Shown: in pieces, positions 23,615 to 36,316 of the stretch
How the letters are laid out: each line of letters starts with the position of its first letter
Numbering within the stretch: position 1 is the stretch's first letter
From: Eledone cirrhosa
Taxonomy: Eukaryota
Direction: 5' to 3'
DNA length: 64,000 nucleotides
Assembly (NCBI GenBank): GCA_964016885.1
Contig: OZ024741.1
Span: 162,130,001 to 162,194,000, forward strand
Position numbers and translations under genes: made by a program
The notes under the pieces: model-generated
The model's database searches: none
Seen by the model: only the letters and a program-made list of their open reading frames with translations
Told to the model about the DNA's origin: nothing

Positions 23615-25859
23615 GTAAGTAAAATATTTGTCTTTATATCCTTGTGTTGCACACTTTTAATTTTGTTGTTGTTTAGCTACTATGTGTATCGGGTTTGGAA
23701 CAGGTACAGTTGGGAAGCTGTAGTTACTGGATGGGGATTAGGGTTAGATTTAAGGTTAGAGTTAAGTTTAGTGCTGGTTGTGGGGATTAGAGATTAAGGA
23801 CTGGAATAGTTACAGTTGGAAAGTTGTAATAGTGTTGAAATTTCTTTGCATGTGACTGATATATTTTTAATGCATGTAATGAAACGAAAATGAATGAAAC
23901 TGTACTATTTGTTTTAAAAATTTTGTGCTGCTAAAGTTTGTCATACTCCCATGTAAAAAATTAGTATAAAATCTAACTGCCAGCAAAATAATGTCTGGTA
24001 GTAGACTTATCCATTGCTGTGTGTATCCAGTTTAGACTAGATACTCCCAGAGTCAACGCCTAACTATTTAGCGCCCTATGCTAACTCTACAATATACACC
24101 CCATTCTCCCAAATAAAATAATTTCAATTTACAGTTTGGTAAACTGACAAACTTAGTTTTTCACATTTTTTGCTTTGACCAATGTCAGAAAATTACTAAG
24201 TTTGTATTTTCTGCTATACAGTTCACCCTAACCCATACCAAGTCTTGTAACACCATACAACATTCTCCATGTTTATTGATTTATTTATTGATCGCAGGAA
24301 ATTATAACATATTTAATTTAATTATACAAATACTGACCTTTTGAGGTTCATTAATGCATTTCTCTGAAGTTTGCACCCTAAGTGGCTTCCTGGTTAGTCT
24401 TAATGTAACACGGGACCTGGTTACACCATACCCTTGCATGCTGTAAGAGGTGACTAAAAGGGTTGGTGTCCAGAAGGGCAACTGGCTGTAAAACATTGTC
24501 TCAAAAAGGACCGCATTAGATCTGCAAATCTAATCCTTGATTTAATGTTGGAAAATGACTTTAAAATGTTTGTTGTGTTAACCTTAACCCAGAGCATCCC
24601 TGACTGAAAATGCTCAATTTGTAATCATTTGTGTGGTTTTTTTACAGGCTGTGTGTATCCTAGATTACATAATTACATTAATCTGACACAGTATGGAATT
24701 TGAGGGAGATTTGGTTCTATTTCTTGAGGTCAAGTGACCAGAGAGAATCTCATTGGCTCACTACTATACAAAGTACCTTACACTGTTTCATTATGTCCCT
24801 TTATATTTTCAGTTCCAATGCTACCTAAGGCAATATTATCTTTTTCATCCTTTTAGATCAATAAAATAAGTCCCAATGAAGTATTGGTGTTGGTTAAATT
24901 AGTTTTACTCCCCACCTCAATTTGAGGCATTATGTTTTATTAGAAATTAATATTATCCCAGATTGAGTACAACATTTTTAATATACTTATATAAAATTAT
25001 TGTAATTGTCGTATGGTTAATAGTTTTTTTCTAGTGTTTCTTCTCCTCAACATCATTTTACCTCCACTTTCCATTCTGGCATACATCAGACGGGTTGTCA
25101 TGTTCTATTTCATTGCATAGTTTCTGTGACTGGAAGTGCCTCCCTACAACAACCACTTTACAGAGCCTATTAAGTGCATTTTATTGTGACACCAACACCA
25201 GAGAGGTTGTCATACTCTACGTTGACTCCACTTGTTCACTAATCACTTTACAAAGTGCATTTTATTGTGGCACCAATGCTACTGGGGTTGTCCTTAGCAA
25301 CACTAAAACGTCTTCTCTAACCTAGATTGTCTTTGCTCATTCACCAACCACTTTACAGAGTATACTGGATGCATTTTATCATTGTACCAACACATTAATT
25401 TATAAATAAACAACTCTGGTATGGTTACAGCTGGACTATGTTTGATCATAGGTATGCACGATCAAGGTTGACTTGGAGTTAAATAACGACTTATGGTTAA
25501 GATGTTGGGCTTACAATTATAAAGTCATACATTCAATTCCTGGAACATTGTGTTCTTGAGTAAAACATTTCATTTTATCTTGCTTTTCATGATAGGACTG
25601 GAGTCTCTATAATGTGAGGCAATCTTGTAGGGGGCCAGCTAAACCTGCATAGGGTGTGAACTATAAATTTCTTTCTTTTTTTTTTTTTTTTTACATTTTT
25701 CAACTAACAACTGCACCATGTGTCAACTGCATGATGGAATTTCTTTTATTGAAAGTGAATTTTGGGTAAATAATTTAGAAATAAAATTATGATAAATTTA
25801 TCTGGTTGTAATTTCTTTATAAATGTAATATTGATGCCACTTTCTTTCTTTCTTTCCAG

Positions 25860-25892
25860 GCGGCAAAGACACTGTTTGGAAAGTTGAAATAA
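25860..25892 (+). CDS. UQCRH: UQCRH exon 4 (AAKTLFGKLK*)
   Basis: Strong polypyrimidine tract plus ccag acceptor. Matches the conserved A..LF..LK* C-terminus. Total protein 95 aa. Confidence 0.93.
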   Translation, partial: AAKTLFGKLK

Positions 25893-25984
25893 TGAAGGAG
25901 ATTGTAGAGCGTTACAGATGTTTCAAATTTATTTAGATCAACAGACAATTTTTTGTAAATTCTTCATGTAAACTGCAAGTCTAA

Positions 25985-25990
25985 AATAAA
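25985..25990 (+). promoter_or_regulatory. Polyadenylation signal of UQCRH
   Basis: AATAAA 93 nt after the stop codon. Confidence 0.65.
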
Positions 25991-26134
25991 TTATTTCATT
26001 GACTTGATCATATTATGAAGAAGAGTATTTATTATATAGTTGTTGGAATATTTAAAGTATATATTCATTTATTCTTCACCTTCATTATCAGCATCATCAC
26101 TGCCATTGGTTAAACAGTAAGCACATAGTTCACG

Positions 26135-27280
26135 AGGGAGGGAGATTTTGTTGCTATTTCTAGAATATATATCAGCCAAATGAAGATTCGCTTGTTATGA
26201 GGGAAATTTCACTGATGAATGGTTAATTAGTGGCATAACATATAGCTCACTGACCTAGGGTTAAATAAACATTAATCACATACCAGTTCATTTGTTTCAG
26301 ATGGAAATGAGTGATTTGAGGGAAATTTGACTTCTATTTCTAGCATGAGTAGTGGCTACATAGCAGTTCACTTGTTTATGAATGATTTAAGGGTAATTTG
26401 GCTGCTATTTCTTGTATGTGTATTGACCACAGAGGTTCCTTCATTTTCAGATTTTTAAGTGTGGCTTGTGGAAAGCTTGGCTGTTATTTCTAGCAAATCT
26501 ATCCTTCATTTAGAGATTCACTTGTTTCCAGACCTTTATGGGTGATTTAAGGGAGATTGGGCAGCTATTTCTAGCATGTATAGCTACAACATAAATGTTC
26601 ATTCTTTTTCAGACAGGCATGAGTGATTTGAGGTAGATTTGGCTACTTTTTCTAGCATGTGTATTAACCACATGGAATTTTGATTGTTTATTCTGGTTAT
26701 ATGTTTTTTTGAGAAGATTTGGCTGCTATTTCGAACATGTGAAGCATCCACATACAGGTTCAGTTGTTTTCAGACTGTAATGAGGGAATTGGTGGAGGTT
26801 TGGCTGCTATTTCTAACATAGGCAAAGACCACTTAAAATTTTACTTGCTTTTAGATGACTATAAGTTATTTGAAGAAGATTTGACTGCTATTTCGAGCAT
26901 CTGATATATCCACATAAAAATTTGCCTGTTTTTAAATGGAAGTGATTTGGCTATTTTGAACGTGTACTGGCCACATACAGGTTAGCTTGTTTCCAGACGT
27001 TTATATGTAATTTGATAGAGATTTGACTGCTTTTATATAACTACCACAAGTTCACTTGTTTTCAGATGTAAATGAAGGGTTTATGGAGATTTGGCTTCTT
27101 CTTCTATCAAGTGTAGCAACAACATATATAGAGGTTCGCTTGCTTTCAGATGTTTGAGAGAGATTTGGCTGTTATGTTTAGCATTACGGCGACCACATAC
27201 ATGGTTGTGTTAAAATGGAAATGAGTTATTTGGGAGAGATTTGGCTGCTAATCATTCACGTACAGTTTTACTTACTTTCA
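26135..27280 (+). repeat. Diverged ~80-bp minisatellite (~14 units)
   Basis: Recurrent gagtgatttgagggagatttggctgctatttctagcatgtg...ccacatagaggttcacttgttttcaga at about 80-bp spacing. Confidence 0.8.
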
Positions 27281-28129
27281 TAGCTAAAGACCATATGTGC
27301 AAAACCTGACCTCTGTGCACATGTGTGAGAACCATCCTGGTGCCCATGTGCTTGATTATGACTTCACTGCACATGGGAAAGATCTGAGTCATGTACACAA
27401 GACCCAACATAACAGAGTATGTGCAAAACCCAACTTGAATGGAATGGAAATAAGATCATTTTTATAATGTGTGACAACTGAAGTGGCTAGAGATAAGCCA
27501 AACATCCAAATATTGGAACTGGCCAGAAACACTAATTGTGATGAATCCCAGCTTTATAGCATTTGTCTATAATTGTCTTGGGGAAGAGAGCTGATTGGAA
27601 TTAAGGGGAGATAATAATATGAAAAAGAGAATGGCTATAAGAGGTAGAGTAATAAAACATAGTTACATCATTGTGGTGGTAGTGGAGAAGTAGATAACTA
27701 CATACAAAAGATAGAGAAAGATATAAAATGGTGAGGAGCAAGAAGATAATCTTAAAGCATTACAAGGGGACCATATATATTTAGTTTAATGTTTTAACTA
27801 GAAGTTAAAGCATATTTTATGTTTACTTAAAGCTATGTACATCGAGATTAAATTTCATAACATAAAGGAGACTCTTAAATAATAAATGAAACAAGAAAAC
27901 AGCAACAATATTATTGAGAGTTAATGTTACATGATCTGAACCTATGGTCAGCTGTCACTATGCAACCAAAGTAAACACTCAATTATATATATTATGTATA
28001 TGATATAAAAACAAGAAAAGTAGAAACAATAATGTATATGATATATATATATGATGATTTTTTATGAATGAAACAGTTTTAGTACTATAGAAGACATTTC
28101 TATAATAATATATATATATGTGTGTATTT

Positions 28130-28530
28130 AAAGGAAAACCAAAGGTTTTTAGGGAGTTTGCACATCTTTTATTCTATGTGTGTTTCTGTAATGGGAAGCA
28201 ATCCATAATCAATCTTTTCAATTACTTTTACTCTTTGCCTTATCAGGAATAATAAAGATAGTGTTAAAAGAGTCTCTTAGAGTGGATAATGAAAATAAAA
28301 ACAGGTAATAACATCTACAATGAGTGGATGTTATTACCCATTATATTGTGCTTTTTACTTATATTTTTATTCTCCACTCTAAGGGACTCTTAACACTATT
28401 TTTATTATTCCTGATGAGGCAATGAGAGAAAGTAATTAATCAGAACCATCAATTATGGATTGCTTTTCTTCATTACTGAAGAGAGTAAAAATATGTGTTA
28501 AATCCCTAAAAGCCTTTGGTTCTTATTTAT
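28130..28530. mobile_element. ~400-bp imperfect fold-back element flanked by (TA)n
   Basis: Arms pair throughout (aaccaaaggtttttaggga / tccctaaaagcctttggtt; ctcttagagtgga / tccactctaaggg). Apex hairpin at 28304-28338. Confidence 0.75.
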
Positions 28531-28541
28531 ATATATATATA

Positions 28542-28878
28542 TCATCATCATCATCATTTTACGTCCGCTTTTCCCTGCTTGCAAGGGTGGGACGGGAACT
28601 GATTCTGGCTTGATTTCTACAGCTCGATGCCCTTCCTAACACCAACCATATTTACAGTGAGTGCTGGGTGCTTTTTTGCCGTGGCACCTCCACAACCACT
28701 TTGCAGTGGAATGATAGGGACCCCCAGTCCCTATCATCTCATTTCTACAGCTGAGTAAACTGGAGCAATGTGAAATAAAGTGTCTTGCTCAAGGAAACAA
28801 CACATCACCCGGTCTGAGAATTGAACTCACAACCTCTCAATTGCAAGCCCAATGCTCTAACCACTAAACCATGCGCCA
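28542..28878 (-). mobile_element. CORE-type tRNA SINE with RTE-like (GAT)n tail
   Basis: Minus strand ggcgcatggtttagtggttagagc...gagttcaattctc...ccttgagcaagacactttatttcac...ggtgttaggaagggcatc...gacgtaaaatgatgatg. Confidence 0.75.
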
Positions 28879-29039
28879 TTGTCTTATATGTACATAATTA
28901 ATAATTATTTCTAACAATGGCACAAGGGCAGATATTTGGGGGAAAGACCCCGGAAAGAAGAAATTCAAAGTTGTCCTTGGTGAGATTTGAACTCAGAATG
29001 GTTGCATGAAATTCAATGAATCTGGTGTTAGGACTCTGA

Positions 29040-31135
29040 GTGAGGCGTTTTCAATCACCTCAATGTGTGAAGCTCACTCTTCATCTCTTTTGAGCCAGAT
29101 GTAGTAACTTGCTTTCTCAGCTGCCTTCAAAAGGTGTTTCATTTCCTTTGCTGCCAGTCTCTGGCCACTGAGGAGTGTGTCAATCCTGGTTCTAACAAAT
29201 CAATGCTCGCCTCCCAAGAGACAATAAGCCCCACCATCTTCATCACCTTCCTTTACTTACACCACAAGACAAAGTTGAGCCTCTTTGTGGCAAAAAGGGG
29301 AAAGTGGTATTTGCCATCCAGGTCAACTGAGGCCTGCCATTTTTTAGTCAGTCTTTCTTACAGTGGCTGGCCTGCAGTGTTCTCCTTTACAAAACTTCAT
29401 CCTGTTCTTCACTACTTGTGGTCTCTCACTGTTGTTCATCCTCTTCACCTCCTGTTCCACTGCAACAGCCAGTACTCTAAGCAACAGGACAGTATGTGTC
29501 TCGTCATTCCAGCTTTCCTGCATTTCCACCGTTTTAGTGTTGTATGATTTGGAAGCATGTCATAGACTGAGCAAACCAGAAAACTGGTTCTGGCTGGCTT
29601 CCATGACCACTGATCTTCCACTTAATGTAAACTGCTCCCAAAACACACACTGTCCCTGTTGGCCACATTGCACCAAGACCACCGGAGACTTCTCACTTCT
29701 TCCCACTTAATTGTTCAACTACCACAACCCTTTTCTCCTTTTGTTGTATGGTATGAATTGGGAATTTCCAGGGACCTTTCTATTGCTCTGTGCATGACCT
29801 ACTATATCCTCATATCAAGGAGAGGCCATGAAGAAGAAGAACTCTGTTACCTCCAATGGCATCCATTTTCTTTCAGTCATGAGCCTTGGTGGAGAGGAAC
29901 AGATGATTTGATCATTTGAGTGGTGCAGCATCCTCAAAGTTCACACTTGTACTACTTGACTATTGATGGGATAGGTAATTCTATTGGACCACCTTTCTTC
30001 TACAGAGGCACACATACAAAGGTTTGTGGTAATCCTAGCCACTTGCGGATATAGATATTGCATTTCTACTCAATGGTCTTGACACATGTTAAATCAACTT
30101 CATACAATATCGGTGGCCACTGTAGTCTGGTGTAGAGTGTAAACTGCATGCACCAGTGCTTGAACTTGCCTGGCAGTAATGTTTCATCTATTGATGAAAG
30201 TCCATCCTTGGCCATCTTCTAGATTCTTAGTCCTTTACATCCATCATTGAGTGACCCATATTACAGTCTCTCTAGACTCTTCAGAGACTTCTCTGTAATC
30301 GTTGGCATGACCTCACCTGCAACCTCATACTTCACTTCTTTGTTGCCTTCTTATGGCAAGTGTCACACTGCAGGATTTCTTTGCTTTGAAGCACATCCTC
30401 ACCCAGCGTATTTACTCATTTGGTCTGTGCAGGATTTTCACTGAGTTCTTATCTTTTGTCAACAATGCTATGTCATCCATGAAAGCTTTCTTTGAGGAGT
30501 GAATCTTCATTTCATGGTGAAAGGTTATACCTCGCAGGATGACTTCCATTCCCAGCAGGAACCATATAGCTGATATTGTGCACAAAGCTGTAATCTCCAC
30601 CTCTAGCTTGTGCCACACTGTTGTAAAGTTCTTTGTGGTAAAATGTATGTAAAATGTTGTAATAGTTCATCACGAGTTTCGCTACCCCTGGAGGGATCCA
30701 GAAGAGGTCCATGGCAAACTCAAGCATGGAAGGGAACCTTTTTCATGTAAAACCTTGGTCATTTCTCTCTTTCTTAGCTGTCTGTATGACATCCCAGATC
30801 ATGTTTACATGTTCTATGCTTCCCAACACACCCAAGAAGCCAACCTTCGGTACTGTATAGGATAGAAATATCACTCATCTAGCAATAATCCCAAGGAATA
30901 TTTTTCCATCTATATTCAGTAGAGAAATGGCCTGTTGGTTAGAGGGGGACACAACCTGTAGACTTTGTATAACACTCCATCATGACCTGGCACACGCTTA
31001 GATTGTACTTTTCTGATGAAGTCCCCAAGATCGAATTTTGCTCCTGGTGCTGTCGGCTTTGGTGGCATAAGGATATCTCAGCAATTATCCCTATACACAT
31101 TGCTCAAATGGGAATCCAGTTCTTCCTTGCTGCAT
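29040..31135 (-). mobile_element. Decayed HERO-like (REL) non-LTR retrotransposon
   Basis: KAFMDDIALL; SIDETLLPGKFKHWCMQFTLYTRLQWP...YIRKWLGLP; C-terminal AAEKASYYIWLKRDEE*. Many lesions. Confidence 0.75.
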
Positions 31136-31924
31136 GTCAGGTTGCCATCTCTGCTCTCGTCTAGGGTACCAAGCTGTATCGGTCTTTGCCTTTCTCTTGG
31201 TCAACATTGATGGCGTGTAGACATGTATGCAAGTCTGACTGTTTGTCTTCTACAAAAACACCTTGCCCAGGTTGTGTTTCAGAGAGGAAACTTTTCGGTG
31301 CAAAACCTTGGTCATTCATGAACAAAATTGGGTCTTAAGACCATCGACAAGCTATATATACATATATTTATATCCTTATAAAAAGGAAGTTTGTTTGTGC
31401 TAAATAAAATTGATAATAATTAAGGTTGTTCGTGTTTTTTCAACTAATCTGACCTCCATCAAGCTATCGACTTATTTTCCGAAAATGAAATGGGAGTAGG
31501 GGGGTTAGTTGGAGGAGAATTTACTGCTATTTCTAGTACACAGATATTGTCTCTTCGTCCGTCATGCTATCAATATAGAGAGGGAAACACTACACCTCTC
31601 ACTCAAACCACATACTCCCCTTTCTAATTAACTAAAACGTTTGATATCAGCTGGCCTGACATCTGACACATGCTCTCTCTTTCTCTATCTGTAAGTATAT
31701 ATCTATCTGTATCCTTATAAAAAGGATGTTTGTACGTTGACCACTAATAACACTAAATAAAATTGGTAATAATTAAGGTTTGTTATGTGTTTTCAACTAA
31801 TCTGCTCTGCATAATGGCTTCAGTGTGTGTGTGAGTACATGTGCTTGTCTGTGAGTCTTTTAGATTGTTTATGTGTGTGTATGTGTAGTATGTATCTGTG
31901 AATTATATATATGTATATATAGTA

Positions 31925-32892
31925 TAGGGATGGATCAGATGTTGTTTACTCGAGAGAAGGCTACGTTGGTATGGTCACGTGATGCGCATGAAAGACGACA
32001 GCTGTATAACAAAGTGCAGGGCAATAAAGATAGACGGTAGCTATGGAGTAGGCAGACCCAGAAAAACCTGGGACGAGCTGATAAATTCTGACCTCACACA
32101 CTTACACCTCTCCAAGACAATGTCACTGGACCGAGACCTTTGGCGGTACTCAGTAATAGAGAAGACCCGCCTTACCTAAATACAAAGTAAAACCTACTAC
32201 AGCCAGTAGGCATCTCTAACAAAATACACCACCCCCACCCCATCCACACCGCCCCTTCAATGTAAAGTTATGTTGGTGCCACAACATCCAGGCCGAAACA
32301 AATGAGATCGTGTAGGTGTCACGACAACACACAGTCCACGCTGTAAATGTGGCCGTGTAGGCAACACGGTAAAAACCTCCCAGCCCCACACTGTAAATGT
32401 GGTTGGTGTTAGGAAGGGCATCCAGCTGTAGAAAACCTGCCAGACAGTCCACGCTGTAATGTGGCCGTGTAGGCAACACGGTAAAAACCTCCCAGCCCCA
32501 CACTGTAAATGTGGTTGGTGTTAGGAAGGGCATCCAGCTGTAGAAAACCTGCCAGACAGTCCACACTGTAATGTGGCCATGTAGGCAACACGGTAAAAAC
32601 CTCCCAGCCCCACACTGTAAATGTGGTTGGTGTTAGGAAGGGCATCCAGCTGTAGAAAACCTGCCAGACAGTCCACGCTGTAATGTGGCCGTGTAGGCAA
32701 CACGGTAAAAACCTCCCAGCCCCACACTGTAAATGTGGTTGGTGTTAGGAAGGGCATCCAGCTGTAGAAAACCCGCCAGACAGTCCTATGCGAGCAAGAC
32801 AATCACTCTTGCCTCAAGTGGGAAAACCCCATCCAAACCCATGCAAGCGTGGAACACGGACGTTAAACGTTGATGATGATGATGATGATGAT
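31925..32892 (+). mobile_element. 3' end of an RTE LINE with internally amplified 3' UTR and (GAT)n tail
   Basis: RRLRWYGHVMRMKDD...GRPRKTWDELI...DRDLWR. Tail ggacgttaaacgttgatgatgatg. Confidence 0.8.
32333..32785 (+). repeat. 112-bp tandem repeat, 4 copies
   Basis: ggaagggcatccagc at 32412, 32524, 32636 and 32748. Confidence 0.92.
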
Positions 32893-33042
32893 AGTGCGGG
32901 CTTGACTGGCTAGATTTAATTAACAGCAGCACTAACGTAGCATGATACAGAATAGAGTTGCAAACAGAATACATATTTTTCAAATCCCTTAAATGCATCA
33001 CCAATTAAAGGAAGTTGAGATGTTCTTCCCATTGAACATGAT

Positions 33043-33335
33043 TTGAACATTGACACTGAGGCGGCTATTAAAGGTGACTTTCAATATGCAGACGATATCG
33101 GCCTGTTGAAGAATGAATTTGAAAGTAGTCAAAAACAACTGGACACACAGACCTCTACAGCTAATTATGTATGTCTGTTAATTAATATAGATAAAACATT
33201 CCGGTATGTTGCCATACAACCTTGAATTGAAGAAGGGCACACTCAGAAACTTGGATCAGCCAAGATTGTGCAATGGGATGCGTATGGTTGTGACTCACAT
33301 TATCTAAGCCCAAATCCTCACTAGATGTGGTAAGG
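33043..33335 (+). mobile_element. RTE-type RT fragment
   Basis: DFQYADDIGLL...LLINIDKT. Confidence 0.55.
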
Positions 33336-34519
33336 GTGACATCACATTTATACCTAGAATGCCGCTAATTCCAACAGATGTTCCCTTTCGTATCAAACGA
33401 TTGTAATTCCCAGTGAGGGTCAGTTATTTAATGACTATTAACAAGTCACAAGGTCACCCTGCAGGTTGTTAGTCTCCATCTAGAAGAGGGCTGTTTCTCA
33501 CATGGTCAAGTTTATATGTGTGTGTGTGTACATGTCTTGGCACTAGAGATGTTGCAATTTATTTCTAGTTGAGTGAAATGGAGCAACGTGAATAAAATGT
33601 CTTGTTCAAGGACACAACAGACCACCCGGTTCGAGAATCGAACTTACAAGCTCATGTTTGTGAATCCAATGTGCTAACAATTATGTTATGTGCCTTCACA
33701 TATATGTGTATGTGTATTTGCGTGTTTATGTGTGTGTATAATACTGGTCGACAAAATTTTACTTTTTTTCTGTTGACCTAAGTTTGAGACCCGTTCTTGA
33801 ATAATTTGAGGCCACTGAGTTTAAAAGTGACAATACTTTTTTCTATCACGTTACAGGCGATGGGTGCTCTACAGTATGATCCTCATGATTGTTTATAGAT
33901 AGCACTAGTCAACACACGTTTTGCTGACTTAGGTTTTGTTGTTGTTTTTAGCTAATGTTGAGGTGCTCTATCTAACTACCAGTACATTCATGGGGTCGGT
34001 TTTTCATCTATACACCTCACTTCCCCTCTATTACCTTCTCTCTTTCTCTAGAAGAAATCAGTTATATCCAAACCTTGAGAGAGGAAGGGCTCCGCCATAT
34101 TTAAATTGCCCACATCACGCTGTACGTCACTACTGTGTCCTAAGGTTCCATCAGGAGTTATGTATCCATCTATTCATCCATCCATACATACAGTGTGTGA
34201 AGGAAGTTTGGTTGCTATTTCTAGCAATTTGTGTGAAACTTAGAGTGCCTCTTTGGCTCTTCTAATTAATCACTTTATTGTGCTTATATGTACATAATTA
34301 ATAATTATTTCTAGCATTGGCACAGGGGCAGATATTTGGGGGAAAGGAAAGTCAATTATATCGACCCCAGAAGGAAAAAATTCAAAGTTGACCTCGGTGA
34401 GATTTGAACTCAGAGCGGTTGCATGTAGATCAGAAGAGGTGCACTAAACTGTGAGGTTACGTTCAGAAAATACTGATTAAAGAACTTGAGATTATCATCT
34501 GTTCGTTAATTGATACTGT

Positions 34520-34820
34520 CTTAATGGCCCCACTCGCTCACGAATGACCATGGTTTTGCACCTAGAAAGTTTCCCACAGGTTTGTTTTGTGGAAGACCAG
34601 CAGTCTCCCCTCTCCACGCCACCGATGGTGTCCAAGGGAAAGGCAATGACCGATACAGCTTGGCACCAGTGACGTCGCAACTCATTTCTACAGCTGATTA
34701 AACTGGAGCAACGTGAAATAAAGTGTCTTGCTCAAGGACATAACGCATCACCCAGTCCGAGAATCGAACTCACAACCACTCAATTGCAAGCCCAATGCTC
34801 TAACCACTAAGCCATGCGCC
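34520..34820 (-). mobile_element. CORE-type tRNA SINE
   Basis: Minus strand ggcgcatggcttagtggttagagc...gagttcgattctc...gtccttgagcaagacactttatttcacgttgctccag. Relatives at ~33565-33695, 35557-35850, 45605-45920 and 54615-54900. Confidence 0.78.
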
Positions 34821-36137
34821 ATTGTGCTTATATGTACATAATTAATAATTATTTCTAACAATGACACAAGGACAGATATTTGGGGGAAAGACCCCGGAAA
34901 GAAGTTGTCCTCGGTGAGATTTGAACTCAGAATGGTTGCATGTAGATCAGTATTGCTCAACGTAGAGCTGCTCTAAACTATGATGTACATTTAGAAAATA
35001 CTGATTAAAGAACTTGAGATTATTATCTGTTCGTTAATTGATACTGTGATTGCAGGATTAAACAATGATTTCCTTTGTTGGATTAAATGGGTTTTAGTAA
35101 TAAAATATACTTCTAGCACATGTAGTGAATCGTGTACTGTCTGCAATAATAGTAGAATTGTAAGGACGTGACTAGGGTTAATACAATGAGAGAAACAAAA
35201 CTGAACATCCCAGAAGATAGATAGATAGATGTGTGTGTGTATGTTTATATATGTGTGTGTGTATGGGTAGATGGCTTTGTTTGTATGTCTTTATGTATGT
35301 ATGTATGTGTACAGTCAAAGATTCCATCGAGTGGTGGATTGTGTAAAATGTTTAGTGAGAACGCTAGGTCGGTAATCAGTAGGATCAGTGAGGTTGCCAT
35401 TTTCACTGACGGGAAATGTTACACGAACAGTATCTTCTTATACAAGACGAATTAGTAGAATTGCTCGAGAGTCGTGTAGAATGTCTTGCGGTGGTATTTG
35501 TTTCACCTCTCACACCAAGATCAATTTTGCTTTTTATTCTTCCAAGAAAAAAATGTGGAGGCGCATGGCCTTGTGGTAAGGGTGTTGGACTTACGATCAT
35601 AATGTTGTGGGTTCGATTCCTGGGCTGGGTTGTGTGTTGTGTTCTAGAATTAAAAAAACTTCATTTCACGTTGCTCCAGTATACTCAGCTGAAAATGAGT
35701 ATCAGCAAAAGCAGGGAGTCTAACCCTGCGATGGATTGGCGTCTTGTCCAGTGGAAAAGTCTTGTATTTTCAGTCGCTTCACGCCATGAAAGCAGGATAA
35801 GCATCGGTCTGATGAGCATCCTGGCTTAAGACAGACTTTAGACTTAGACTTTTAGAGGTGGGAAAAATAGATCTCTGGGCATAAACACCAATATACCTCT
35901 CCACAAGAATCATGTTTTATCAGTAGCTCTTTATAGCTGCTAGACATGACCTTTAAAGTTAACTGATGAAAAGAAATTGACAGAATTTGGGATGTAGACA
36001 TTTAGATAGAGATTCAAATATCGTATATTGAAAGGAAATCCAACAATTTTAACGAAAACTTCTGTAAACCATTATCTCATGAAAATCCCGCTATTTTGAA
36101 CATATCTCAAGAACTATGAGAACAACTTGAGTCGACG

Positions 36138-36316
36138 CAGTGTCTCATTTACCATTGTGTTTAGGTGTGCTTAAGCACAGGGTCCCGTTGGCTAGGGAAG
36201 AGAGACATCTTCCTGCCCAAAAAATCATTTTACCGGGCCTACCTCCTTCAGGGCCCAAGTAAGGGTCCTCATAACTTAACTAGCACAGGACCTCATTTGT
36301 CCTAAATGCTGCACTG
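36138..36316. mobile_element. hAT-like MITE
   Basis: TIR cagtgtctcattta / taaatgctgcactg. Decayed 8-bp TSD agtcgacg / ggtcgatg. Confidence 0.55.

Noticed and set aside
23405-23797. 130-aa single-exon ORF with a hydrophobic tail
   Set aside because: Only 23456-23614 is exonic (canonical splice sites). The flanks are intron read-through.
35805-35850. CTGATGAG motif (others at 12107, 22557, 31013 and 43946)
   Set aside because: No stem II followed by GAAA. These lie in SINE tails, LINE coding remnants or unstructured sequence.
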